DNA of 64,000 bases from an uncultured Verrucomicrobiae bacterium (lineage in GTDB: Bacteria; Verrucomicrobiota; Verrucomicrobiia; Limisphaerales; AAA164-E04), in contig OX638380.1 of NCBI GenBank assembly GCA_951813855.1, positions 2,050,876-2,114,875 on the forward strand, written 5' to 3'. A program made the translations under genes and the position numbers. Below are positions 41,625-51,507 of this stretch, piece by piece. Below the pieces are notes generated by a model. The model was given only the letters and a program-made list of their open reading frames with translations, was not told the DNA's origin and did not search any database. Numbering within the stretch: position 1 is the stretch's first letter; every line of letters starts with the position of its first letter.

Positions 41625-42909
41625 TTATCGAGAGTCTGAGGAAGCAGCTGCCTCTCTGCTAGCCAGGCCGCTGAACCAGGCCGCTGAACCAGGCCCGCAG
41701 TCCCGGCACCGGACAGCAATAGATATGGTGTTCCCGCTCATGAAGAACTCCGCAGTGATTCAGATGTTCCCAGAGATCGAAGGACGACATTCCCGCCGGG
41801 ATTTGCCAACTTGCCGGCCCTTCGGGGCAAGCCATTTTCTCGATCACATCGCATACGTACGGCAGAGGCAACCCGGTATCCGGGATGCATTCCAAAACCG
41901 CCGCCACCAAAGACCCGGTGGTTTTCAGTTCGCGACTCTGATATCGGTCGAAACTGTCTTCTTGATAACTTGCCGCCCGCTTCCTCACCTCCTCGCGATC
42001 GACCGCGGCCAGGTTGCCGTCGGTCCGCATCAATTCCCCGAACAGGGCGGCGGTTTCGCAATGAAGATGCTGAGGCCATCCCCCCGACCGTTCCACGATC
42101 TCGGCGGCCAAGCCGTCCCGGTCGTCAGGAGTATGGAGAATCCCGCATTTCTCGAGCGTTTGTTTTACGTAAAGCCGAATTTCGTCCGGCGCCAAGACGC
42201 CCAAGACCGGATTGTGATAGAGGGTCAGCCGGTCGATTCCGGCTCCTCGCAGAGCTTCCCGGGATCTTTCCGAGCCGAGGTAAATCGAAACGATGGGCAA
42301 GGAATGATAACCGAGATGCAACGCAAGGAGAGTATCGCCATGTTCTTCCTCGGTTACGTCATGAATATCTTCGACCACCAAGCATAAAAGCCGTTACCAC
42401 GTTCCCGGAGCTCGAAAATCCTCCAAATCCCTTAATTGCATCAACGATTCGTCAACTCTCCGATGACGCGATTTTCGAAAAAACTCCTGAAGATAATCTA
42501 ATCCTTAATCTAATCCTGCGGTGAAAAAATTGCGCCGTTCCCGCCGAATCCTGGTAATCTGATGCTGTTCGATGCCGGCCGCAATCGAACAGGCCATTTT
42601 CTGCCGATCCGCGAAAGTTTTCAAATCCAGCGGCAGAAATACGGGACTGTCGGGCTCGTCGGCCCAACGCTCTTCGAGATGAGCCAACAAAGAAGTCTTG
42701 CCGGAGCCCGGCCCACCCCCGATCACGATGGTGTAACCGGGAGTATCCCTCGGAGACGCTTTATTTCTCCGGTTATCTGTGATCACCCGGCGCCAGGAAC
42801 TCTCGACGAGTTCGATCACATGCTGCCGCCCCACGAAAACCGGCGGATTAATCCAGTTTCGCGGGACGGCGTATTTTTTCACCAAGTCCATATCGGGTCC
42901 AGCGGGCAT
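41625..42909 (-). pseudogene. P-loop (AAA_16-like) ATPase pseudogene
   Basis: FVGR, Walker A GGPGSGKT, Walker B-like LVVEDIH, GGWPQHL. Single frame with TAA stops at 42505-42507 and 42394-42396, plus a 13-bp duplication near the 3' end. Confidence 0.78.
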
Positions 42910-43189
42910 ATCGTGTTCCTTTCGTTTTTCCTTTTTTAAATCCGATCGACACCAATACCGGTTCCCGAGCGCTTCAGGTAGATTATAGTCGCCGCGGCCG
43001 TTTTTTCGGAACGATTCCTCCAGATTTGGCGCCGGCCGGAACCTGGCGCGATGAATTCCTTAATTGGGCGGCGCCCCTTCCCTCGACTCCGACGCCGGCC
43101 CGTCGATCATAACCGGTGAACCCGTCCCCTTCCGGCGGTGATTCAAACGAAACTTGCCCAACCACTCGGCCTAACTAGACTCTCCCGCC

Positions 43190-44203
43190 GTGTCTTGGAA
43201 AACTCTGATCACCGCGCGCACGTTCGAAAAAGTGGGAAAATCCGCGTTGGATCTGCTCCGGGAAAACGATTGCGAAGCGGTTATCCCCCCTCGATTCGGC
43301 CCCTGGACGGAAACCGAAATAATCCGGGAACTCGACGGGATCGATGCCGTCCTGTGCAGTCCCGACGTTTATTCGCGAACCGTCATCCGCAGTTCGAACG
43401 CCGCCGGATTGAAAATCATTTCCCGCTGGGGAGTCGGATACGATTCGATCGATGTGCCGGCCGCGTCGGAAGCGGGGATTGTCGTCGCCTACACCCCGGG
43501 CATGCTGGACGAAGCGGTCGCCGACTACACTTTCGCCCTGTTGCTTTCCCTCGCCCGGCCGATCGGAATCGCGGACCAAACTCTGAAGGCGGGCCGTTGG
43601 CAACCTCGTTGGGGGATCGATGTCTTCGGCAAAACTCTGGGCATTATCGGCTACGGCAGAATCGGGCGGGCCGTCGCCCGCCGCGCCCGGGGATTCGACA
43701 TGCGCCTGCTGATTAACGACCTTGCCGATACTCCCTCGCCTCAGGAACCGAAGGTGGAATTCACCTCACTGCCGCGCTTGCTCGAAGAGAGCGATATCGT
43801 CACCCTGCACGCTTCCCTTACCTCCGACAACCGCGGCATGATGGACGAAACGGCCTTCCGGCGGATGAAGTCCGGCGCTTTCTTCATCAACACCGCCCGA
43901 GGCGGCCATGTCGACGAAACGGCCTTGATACGAGCCTTGAGCGAAGGCTGGATCCGGGGAGCCGCTGTCGATGTCTTTTCCGAAGAACCGTTGCCTCCCC
44001 GTCATCCCCTGCTTTCGGCTCCCAATCTGATCCTTACCCCCCATCAAGCGCCCAACGCGATCGAAACCGGAGAACTGATTTCCCTGACCGCCGCCCAAGC
44101 CATCGTCGATCTCAAACACGGCAAGGCGCCCCAGACGGTACTCAACCCCGAAGTCCTTCGCTCCGCCGCGTTGCGAACGCCAATCGACTCCCAGGCGACA
44201 TGA
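43190..44203 (+). CDS. D-2-hydroxyacid (phosphoglycerate-like) dehydrogenase
   Basis: GVGYDSID, GIIGYGRIG, INTARG, DVFSEEP, LTPH. Confidence 0.9.
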   Translation: MSWKTLITARTFEKVGKSALDLLRENDCEAVIPPRFGPWTETEIIRELDGIDAVLCSPDVYSRTVIRSSNAAGLKIISRWGVGYDSIDVPAASEAGIVVAYTPGMLDEAVADYTFALLLSLARPIGIADQTLKAGRWQPRWGIDVFGKTLGIIGYGRIGRAVARRARGFDMRLLINDLADTPSPQEPKVEFTSLPRLLEESDIVTLHASLTSDNRGMMDETAFRRMKSGAFFINTARGGHVDETALIRALSEGWIRGAAVDVFSEEPLPPRHPLLSAPNLILTPHQAPNAIETGELISLTAAQAIVDLKHGKAPQTVLNPEVLRSAALRTPIDSQAT

Positions 44204-44994
44204 AACAGAATCCCGTCAAGGCCAAACTCCGGAAAGGCCAACCCAGCATCGGAACCTGGCTCTCGCTCCCCGATCCCACTTCAGCTCAATTAATGGCGCA
44301 GCTTCCTTTCGACTGGCTCACTCTCAATATCGAACACATGCCCATCGGCGTCGAAACCGCGGCCCTGAGCTACTCGGCCATCGCCGCCGCCGGAACGGTA
44401 CCGTTGGCTCGTCCCGCCTGGAATACCGGGGAAAACGTCAAACGAGCTTTAGACAATGGAGCCTGGGGAGTCGTCATTCCCATGGTCTGCTCGCGAGAGG
44501 AGGCCGAACGAGCGGTCGCCAGCGCCTTTTACGCCCCGCTCGGAGATCGCTCGGTCGGAGGCATGCTTCACGCCTTGTCCTTTCAGGCCGAACCCGACGA
44601 ATATTACGAAAAGGCCAACCGCGAGATTTTGCTCGTCGTCCAAATCGAACATGTCAAGGCCGTCGAAAACATTCGAGAAATCCTTTCGGTCCCCGGCATC
44701 GACGCCTGTTTCATCGGGCCCAACGACCTGCTCAAGTCCATGGGAAAAAAACCGGCTTGGAACAGCGAAGAACCGGAATTCCTGGCTGCCCTGAAACACA
44801 TCAAAAGCGCCGCTCAGGAACAAGGCGTGGCCGCCGGTATTCATGTGGATTCCGCCGCCTCGGCGCGTTCCTCCCTGGCCGACGGATTTCAATTTCTGGC
44901 GATCGCCAGCGAAGCGGGCATGATGTTGGCCAAAGGCAAGGAGATCCTGGAATCTCTGAATCTGGGAACGACCGCGGCGGTCGCCAAGTACTGA
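44200..44994 (+). CDS. HpcH/HpaI family aldolase
   Basis: FDWLTLNIEH, ALDNGAWGVVIPM, VQIE, FIGPNDL. Confidence 0.9.
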   Translation: MKQNPVKAKLRKGQPSIGTWLSLPDPTSAQLMAQLPFDWLTLNIEHMPIGVETAALSYSAIAAAGTVPLARPAWNTGENVKRALDNGAWGVVIPMVCSREEAERAVASAFYAPLGDRSVGGMLHALSFQAEPDEYYEKANREILLVVQIEHVKAVENIREILSVPGIDACFIGPNDLLKSMGKKPAWNSEEPEFLAALKHIKSAAQEQGVAAGIHVDSAASARSSLADGFQFLAIASEAGMMLAKGKEILESLNLGTTAAVAKY

Positions 44995-45026
44995 CGGTCA
45001 TTCGCCGGTTCGACCCGAAGAACGTA

Positions 45027-46412
45027 TCATTCCTTCGCCTCCTCGATTCGCTCCGGAGAATCGTTTTCGACTTGAGGCTCTTCCGGTTCGGCCGGTTCCG
45101 GAGGTCCGGACCAATCCCGCCTCCTCCAGACATAACGGAACATCAGTGTCCGCAACGCGGCCGTTAACGGAATGGCCAGAACGCCCCCGGTAATTCCGCC
45201 CATTAACGTGGTTCCCGCCATAATGGCGATGATCACGGTCAGCGGATGAAGCCCGACCCGGTCGCCGATAATCTTGGGCGATATCACGAGTCCCTCCAGG
45301 GTTTGAACGAACACGAAAACCCCCAACGTCAGGACGGGTTGCAAGACGATCCCGAATTTGGGATCGATCACCGCAATGGTCAGAGCCGGAATAATGCTCA
45401 ACATGACTCCGAGATAAGGCACGATGCTCAACAGGCCGGCCATGAATCCCAACAAGACGGCGTAAGGCAACCCGATGAGGGAAAATCCGATCATTAACAG
45501 AATCCCCACGCACATGGCCACCAGCACTTGAGAACGGAAGAAGACGATCAACGAATCGTTGATCGAGCGAAGGACGAACACGAGTTCCACCTTCATTCGC
45601 GATTCCCTGATCGGCAGATAATCCGTCCAATTGTCCTGAATGCCCTTCTTTTCCGTCAGGAAATAAAAGACGTAAACCGGAATCAAAGCGAAACCAGCCA
45701 GCAAGCCGAACCAGGACAGGGTGCGGCTCAACTGATTCTGAAACCAAATCCCGATTTTCCCCAGATTATCCCCCAGCCAAGCGGACACGTTGAGAATGGT
45801 GTCGCCGTCCAGAATCATTCCCTCCTGTTCTCCCGGCACCGCCACAGGTTCAGCTATTCTCAAATAATCGGGCAGCGCCGCCGGATCCGACCGGTTCGTC
45901 AAAGGATCCGGCGGCCCGGCCAATTCCGGCACCGCCTCCCCGTCCGGAAAGAATCCGGTCACGAATTCCAGCAATTGATGAATCTTGTTTCTTACCTCGT
46001 TGAGGCCCTGCGATTGAAACGAAGGCCGTTCGAGAAAACGGTTTACCTTGTCGCTCAACACTTTCTGGTATTTCGGCAGTCTTTCGACCAACGTGTTGGC
46101 GTCGGCCGCCAACCGGGGGATGGCCGCTGCCAGCAACCCCGCCTGAAACAGCACGGCCAAGAAGAAAACCAGAATGATCGACCAACTGCGGGGAATGTTG
46201 CGGCGCTGAAAAAAATCGACGATCGGATCGAGTAAATAGGCGATGATCCCGGCTACCGCCAAGGGCAACAACACGGAAGTCAATTGCTTGGCTACCAACC
46301 CGAGCCCGACAAAGATCAACGCCGTAAGTGCCAAAATAATCGCCACGGCCAAGGCGGTGGCGGCCGTCCACATGATCTTCCCCTGAGCCTCGGAAGGAGC
46401 GGGAAACTTCAC
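45027..46412 (-). CDS. AI-2E family transporter
   Basis: IAYLLDP.V, PYLG, VQTLEG..ISPKIIG..VGLHP, LAIPL.A. Confidence 0.9.
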   Translation of the reverse strand: MKFPAPSEAQGKIMWTAATALAVAIILALTALIFVGLGLVAKQLTSVLLPLAVAGIIAYLLDPIVDFFQRRNIPRSWSIILVFFLAVLFQAGLLAAAIPRLAADANTLVERLPKYQKVLSDKVNRFLERPSFQSQGLNEVRNKIHQLLEFVTGFFPDGEAVPELAGPPDPLTNRSDPAALPDYLRIAEPVAVPGEQEGMILDGDTILNVSAWLGDNLGKIGIWFQNQLSRTLSWFGLLAGFALIPVYVFYFLTEKKGIQDNWTDYLPIRESRMKVELVFVLRSINDSLIVFFRSQVLVAMCVGILLMIGFSLIGLPYAVLLGFMAGLLSIVPYLGVMLSIIPALTIAVIDPKFGIVLQPVLTLGVFVFVQTLEGLVISPKIIGDRVGLHPLTVIIAIMAGTTLMGGITGGVLAIPLTAALRTLMFRYVWRRRDWSGPPEPAEPEEPQVENDSPERIEEAKE

Positions 46413-46485
46413 TCGCCCTCCTTTCCCCCGGCGGCCGACCGGTTCGCCGGCGGCTCAAGGCGACAACGGGTTTTTACGGAATTCG

Positions 46486-47367
46486 TCATTGGGACAACGC
46501 GGAATAGATCGACCGTTTCCGTCTAGAGCCGCCTGACCTTTTGCCGAGTTTCCGGGACTTTTCCGACGCGGCCCGCACGGCGCTCATGATCGTGCCGCGG
46601 AACGCTCCCTTTTCCAATTCGTGAATTCCATCGATGGTCGTGCCTCCGGGACTGGCCACGACATCCTTCAAGCAAGCCGTATGCTGGCCGCCTTCCAACA
46701 CCATTTTGGCGCTGCCTAACACGGTTTGAGCCGCCAAGCGATTGGCGACCTCCCGGGGAAGGCCGCTAGCCACACCGCCGTCGGCCATCGCCTCGATCAT
46801 TTGAAATACGAAAGCCGGACCGCTGCCGCTGAGGCCGGTAACCGCATCCAGGAGAGACTCGGGAACCTTCGTTGCGATGCCGACTGCGTTCAGCAACTTT
46901 TCGGCCAAAAGCGCATCCGACTCCTTAGCATAACTACCCAAGGCATATCCGGCCGCACCGGCCCCCACCATCGCCGGAGCGTTGGGCATGACCCGGATCA
47001 CCCTGATGCCGACATTCAAATCCCGTTCGAGAACTTCCAGCGATACTCCGGCCGCGATCGAAAGCAACAAATGAGAATCCGTCAGTTTTGCCGCCAAGGC
47101 CAACAAAGCCTCCCTCACCTTGTCCGATTTAACGGCCAAGACGATGACATCCGCCTTATCGGCGACCTCCGGAGCGTCGTTCAGCGTGCGTCCTTCGCCG
47201 ACCACTGCCGCAAACGCCCGGCATGCTTCGGGAACCGGATCGTAACCGACAATCCGGTCAGCCGCTACCCAGCCGCTGGCGAGCAGGCCCCGAGCTAAAG
47301 CCTGAGCCATTTTCCCCGTGCCGATAAATCCCACTCTCGCCTCGTCCCGCATCGATTCGTCAGGCAT
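46486..47367 (-). CDS. proC: Pyrroline-5-carboxylate reductase
   Basis: GFIGTGKMA, RVMPNAP, VTGLSGSGPAF, VASPGGTT. Confidence 0.95.
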   Translation of the reverse strand: MPDESMRDEARVGFIGTGKMAQALARGLLASGWVAADRIVGYDPVPEACRAFAAVVGEGRTLNDAPEVADKADVIVLAVKSDKVREALLALAAKLTDSHLLLSIAAGVSLEVLERDLNVGIRVIRVMPNAPAMVGAGAAGYALGSYAKESDALLAEKLLNAVGIATKVPESLLDAVTGLSGSGPAFVFQMIEAMADGGVASGLPREVANRLAAQTVLGSAKMVLEGGQHTACLKDVVASPGGTTIDGIHELEKGAFRGTIMSAVRAASEKSRKLGKRSGGSRRKRSIYSALSQ

Positions 47368-48042
47368 CTAAATCATCATTCTCCTATCTGGCCAATCTGA
47401 AAGAGACGACCTGAAGCCTGGCGCCCGCCAACGATAGGCCGGTCATTTCGAAACGTCTGCGCCGAACGGTAACTCACCCTCAGCCCGGTATTCGAGTTTA
47501 AACTCGGACTAACGCCCCCGGCATCCGCGGGAAGCGGATTGCCGTTCCCCGGAAATCGAGCCCGGCGTTCCCCAGGCAAGCCGGCGATAATCACCGGCGA
47601 AACCGGCACCAATTTCAATTCGTGCTTCGAACGAGATCATGCCTCGAACCAACGATCATTCACCGGTAACCCCTTCAAGGGCGCCGAACCGAATCCGCCT
47701 CGAATGATCCGGAACAATCGAACCACGAATTAAAGGGATTCGAAACGTCGTGGCTCCCAACGAGAACCGCCGAGCAGGGATCGACCGGATTTCGAGCAAT
47801 CCGGTCAGATTCCGCCCGAACGAACCGCCCGCCCCGGGCATGAGCTATCCTCGAACCGATCAAGGACGCTTGTCCTTTAGCCTCCGATCGCCGGAAAGGT
47901 TCCCCGGCCGGCCAACTGTTGGCTTGACAAATCCATTAATAGTGATATACGTGCTGATCGACGGTTCGTATCGGCCGACTCGTCGGATTACCCATCAAAA
48001 TCCGGTTTGCCTGGAGGATAACCGGAGAAAACATCAAGATTC

Positions 48043-49185
48043 ATGAAATCTTCGACTCAAACGCTCGTTACGCTGCTCTTTTCGATCCTCCTCTGGGTTC
48101 CGTCGTCCCACGCCGAAGACCCCGTCGTCATTCGCAATTCGGATATGTTTAACCAAGTAGGCCAGTATTATCGAGCCTACCTCAACGCCAGAGGAGACAG
48201 CCTGCTTTCCGGAACCAGGGAAACCGTACCGGTCCGCCAACTGATCGGCGAACCCGGCGGGCCCCATCTCTGGGATTTCTCCGAAGGTCCTACCGACGAT
48301 ACGATCCGGGTGGATTACGTTAATCCTCAAGGCACGGTGCCGGGCCACTTTTTTCCGAATATCGAATTTGCCGAACGCATGCAATTCGAATCCAACGGCG
48401 AAACCAAATGGCTGATGATCGAGCAGAAACCCTTGATCGGGCGGAAAGTCTACGGTTTTTTCGACCCCACCTGGGACGATTTGGGAGTCGTGTTCAACAC
48501 TGCGATCGTCGATTTTCCCGATCCCATGCGTTACGGCGACAAATGGTCTACCACGGTAGCGTTTCAATCGGCGCTTTCGGTGCTGGGGTTCGAAACTCCG
48601 GTGAGATATACTAGCGTGTCCGAATTCGAAGTGGACGGCTGGGGCTATATCAATCTCCCCGAGCTAGGTTTCGGCGACGTTCTCCGGGTCAACGAAAAAG
48701 TCACTGCCACCCAAGCGATCCGGTCGGATTTCTTTCCCTCCACCGGAGACGGCGATGGTGAGGACAACGTCAGTTTTACCGACCTAGGCAAAACCATTCA
48801 CCGCAATCTCTATTTCTTCCGCCCCGGCTTCGGTCTGGTCGCCGAGATCCATTCGACCACTTCCGAGGCCGATCCCGGCTCGAGTTTTTCCGACGCGCTG
48901 TTCTTCAGCCGCATGTTCGAAACCAACCGGGAACCGTCCGTCGGTTGCCAGGAACCTCAGGCCGCGGGCAATTTAGTTCTGTCCTATAATGCCGGACGAG
49001 TCCTGCTGAAATGGGACACGGCCGATTGCACCGACTCCTACCGCGTCGAGTACTCTTCTCGAGGAGGCGTTCCCGGATCTTGGAACCTTCTGGAATCGAC
49101 CCAAAGTACTTTCATCGTGGACAATCAAGCCTTACAGGACGCATCCCGGATTTACCGAGTAATCTCCGTTCTATCTCAACCCTGA
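48043..49185 (+). CDS. Secreted hypothetical protein with a C-terminal beta-rich (FN3-like) domain
   Basis: Signal peptide (..VPSSHA); C-terminus LVL..LKW..YRVEYS..W..L..RIYRV. Confidence 0.75.
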   Translation: MKSSTQTLVTLLFSILLWVPSSHAEDPVVIRNSDMFNQVGQYYRAYLNARGDSLLSGTRETVPVRQLIGEPGGPHLWDFSEGPTDDTIRVDYVNPQGTVPGHFFPNIEFAERMQFESNGETKWLMIEQKPLIGRKVYGFFDPTWDDLGVVFNTAIVDFPDPMRYGDKWSTTVAFQSALSVLGFETPVRYTSVSEFEVDGWGYINLPELGFGDVLRVNEKVTATQAIRSDFFPSTGDGDGEDNVSFTDLGKTIHRNLYFFRPGFGLVAEIHSTTSEADPGSSFSDALFFSRMFETNREPSVGCQEPQAAGNLVLSYNAGRVLLKWDTADCTDSYRVEYSSRGGVPGSWNLLESTQSTFIVDNQALQDASRIYRVISVLSQP

Positions 49186-49207
49186 TCAATCTCCTAAGCG
49201 ACCGGCC

Positions 49208-50092
49208 GTGAAGGTGAGTTTCCCGTCCAGAAAACTTCAAGAACGCAGTCAGCGTTTCGCGCCGGGATTCACGCTGATCGAATTGCTGGTGGTCATCGCC
49301 ATCATCGCTATCTTGGCCGGGTTGCTGCTGCCCGCTCTGTCTTCGGCGAAATCCGCGGGAAAGGAAACCCTGTGCAAGAGTAATCTGAAACAGATCGGTT
49401 TGGGGCTGGTCATGCACGTTCACGACCACGAAACCTATCCCATTTACCATTTCGACCCCTCGGTTTCGTTGACCACCATGTACTGGGAAGAAAGTTTAGC
49501 GCCCTATACGAACGCCCGTTGGACCAATCGCTTGTACCGCTGCCCCGATTACGACGGGTTGACCATCATGGGCTACGACGAAGGGGTCACTCTGGGCAGT
49601 TACGGCTACAACGCCAACGGCGTTAAGTGGCCGACATGGACTCCCAGCCACCTGGGCTTGGGAGGTCCGCTGGCCAAGGCTGATCTAATTGATAGCACCC
49701 CCCATGATATTCCCTCGAATCGCTTCCGCCTGAAAGCTTCCGAAGTGAAAAGTCCCAGCGAGATGATCGCCTTGGGAGACGCCAATCTCGTACCACATAA
49801 GGCCGAAGACATCGAGGATACCTATGGCCAAAAGGTCAACCGCGACACTCACGACGGTTGGGGATTGCTGGATATCAGCCTCAGAAACCGCTGGCAGCTC
49901 AGCAACTATCCGTCGAGCGCGGGGTTGATCCAAGCCACGAAGAAACGACACCGGGGACGATACAATGTGGGTTTCTGCGACGGTCATATCGAAGGCCTGG
50001 ACCGTTCCAGACTGTTCGCTACAGACCAGAGTACCCTCCGACGATGGAACAACGACAACCTGCCGCACCCCGAGCTGCTGCAGTGGAAATAG
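49208..50092 (+). CDS. Prepilin-type N-terminal / DUF1559-like H-X9-DG protein
   Basis: [46 protein letters not shown]. Confidence 0.9.
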   Translation: MKVSFPSRKLQERSQRFAPGFTLIELLVVIAIIAILAGLLLPALSSAKSAGKETLCKSNLKQIGLGLVMHVHDHETYPIYHFDPSVSLTTMYWEESLAPYTNARWTNRLYRCPDYDGLTIMGYDEGVTLGSYGYNANGVKWPTWTPSHLGLGGPLAKADLIDSTPHDIPSNRFRLKASEVKSPSEMIALGDANLVPHKAEDIEDTYGQKVNRDTHDGWGLLDISLRNRWQLSNYPSSAGLIQATKKRHRGRYNVGFCDGHIEGLDRSRLFATDQSTLRRWNNDNLPHPELLQWK

Positions 50093-50108
50093 GCTCAATC
50101 CGGAGTCG

Positions 50109-50987
50109 ATGATTCCCCGGAAACGGTCGCGCCGCATTTTTAAAATGATCGGCCTGTTGCTGGCGCCCATCGTGCTATACGGACTCTTTCGCCTATTCGA
50201 GTACGTCCAAGTCTTTCAACCCTATCCTGAACACAACGCTTTCCCCCAGTTGATCCACGATTCGCCGCAGGATATTTATTTCCCGAATTCCGACGGCCAG
50301 CAACTCAACGGCTGGTTTTTCACCGCGACCGCTTCCTCGCCTTGGAACGATTGGGCCGTGTTGATCTCGCACGGAAACGGCGGCAACATCTCGCACCGCC
50401 TCGACCTGTATGAACTTTGGATGAAGGAAGGATTCAACGTCTTGGCTTACGATTACCGCGGTTACGGAAAAAGCGAAGGCCGCCCTTCCGAGCAAGGAAC
50501 TTATCGGGATGCCGTCAGCGCGCATCTCTGGCTCACCCAACAGGGTTTTTCGCCTGATCGAATCATCGCCCTGGGCGAATCGTTAGGCGGCGGCGTGGCG
50601 ACGGAACTGGCTTTGAGAAAACCGGTGGGCGGTCTCGTCTTGCAAAGCACGTTCACCAGCATCGCCGACCTCGGCAAGGAAATCTTCCCTTGGTTGCCGG
50701 TAAGGACGTTGAATACCATCAAGTACACGACTCGTGAGAAACTGCCCTCCGTGAATCTCCCCACGTTGATTCTTCATAGCCGGGAGGACACCATGATCCC
50801 GTTCAGCCACGCCCAAAGAAATCTCGAAGCCATTAACGGCCCCAAGCTTCTCGGCGAAATCACCGGCAATCACAACGACCCGCTCTCCTTCACTTCGCAG
50901 CCGTATCTCCGGCACATTCGAGCGTACAAGGAGTTGCTTTCCGCTCGTCTCGTTGGCGAGCGGTCCGCTCCGGCGACGGAGCAATAA
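50109..50987 (+). CDS. Alpha/beta hydrolase (ABHD-like) with an N-terminal TM
   Basis: HGNGGN, YDYRGYG.SEG, GESLGG, final H in GNHND. Confidence 0.9.
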   Translation: MIPRKRSRRIFKMIGLLLAPIVLYGLFRLFEYVQVFQPYPEHNAFPQLIHDSPQDIYFPNSDGQQLNGWFFTATASSPWNDWAVLISHGNGGNISHRLDLYELWMKEGFNVLAYDYRGYGKSEGRPSEQGTYRDAVSAHLWLTQQGFSPDRIIALGESLGGGVATELALRKPVGGLVLQSTFTSIADLGKEIFPWLPVRTLNTIKYTTREKLPSVNLPTLILHSREDTMIPFSHAQRNLEAINGPKLLGEITGNHNDPLSFTSQPYLRHIRAYKELLSARLVGERSAPATEQ

Positions 50988-51260
50988 CGGATGCGTTCGG
51001 AAGGAGAAACGCCCTGACGGTTCGGATCCCCCGACGCGATTCCTAAACGTCGAAGCTAATCCCGGGACGACCAGGATCGGATTCGTTGTCGCTGTCCGGA
51101 TCAATCGGCAAGGGAAACGGCAGCTTTCGAGCCGAGAATAACGGAACGGGAAAAGCCGATCACCAGGAAACCCGAGTCGGCCCGCCTGCGATCGCTTCGG
51201 TTAGTTCCCTGTGTTGCGAAGCGTTTCCCGATACCGCGGCAACGAGGCCAGCCGAATAAA

Positions 51261-51345
51261 TGGTGCGCGAGAGAGGACTCGAACCTCCACGCCCGTAGAC
51301 ATCAGATCCTAAATCTGACGCGTCTGCCAATTCCGCCACCCGCGC
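51261..51345 (-). tRNA. tRNA-Leu (anticodon TAG)
   Basis: GCGCGGG acceptor stem, D-loop GGAATTGGCAGAC, anticodon arm TCAGA-TTTAGGA-TCTGA, long variable arm, GGTTCGAGTCC, encoded CCA. Confidence 0.96.
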
Positions 51346-51507
51346 ATTCTGGAGGTACCGATTACCACCGACCGGTTTCAAAGACAAGTCAAACCCTGGC
51401 CCAAGTTTGTCAATCTTGTCTGGAAAGCGCGTATTTCCCAAGGAATTCGATCATTTTAAAAACCGTAGGACACTACTGTTGTTTCCCGGATTATTTTGGT
51501 GAAAATC

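Noticed and set aside
51261-51507. tRNA-Leu as the integration site of a genomic island
   Set aside because: The IS cluster lies on the 5' side of the tRNA, no duplicated tRNA 3' end was seen, and there is no integrase in the window.
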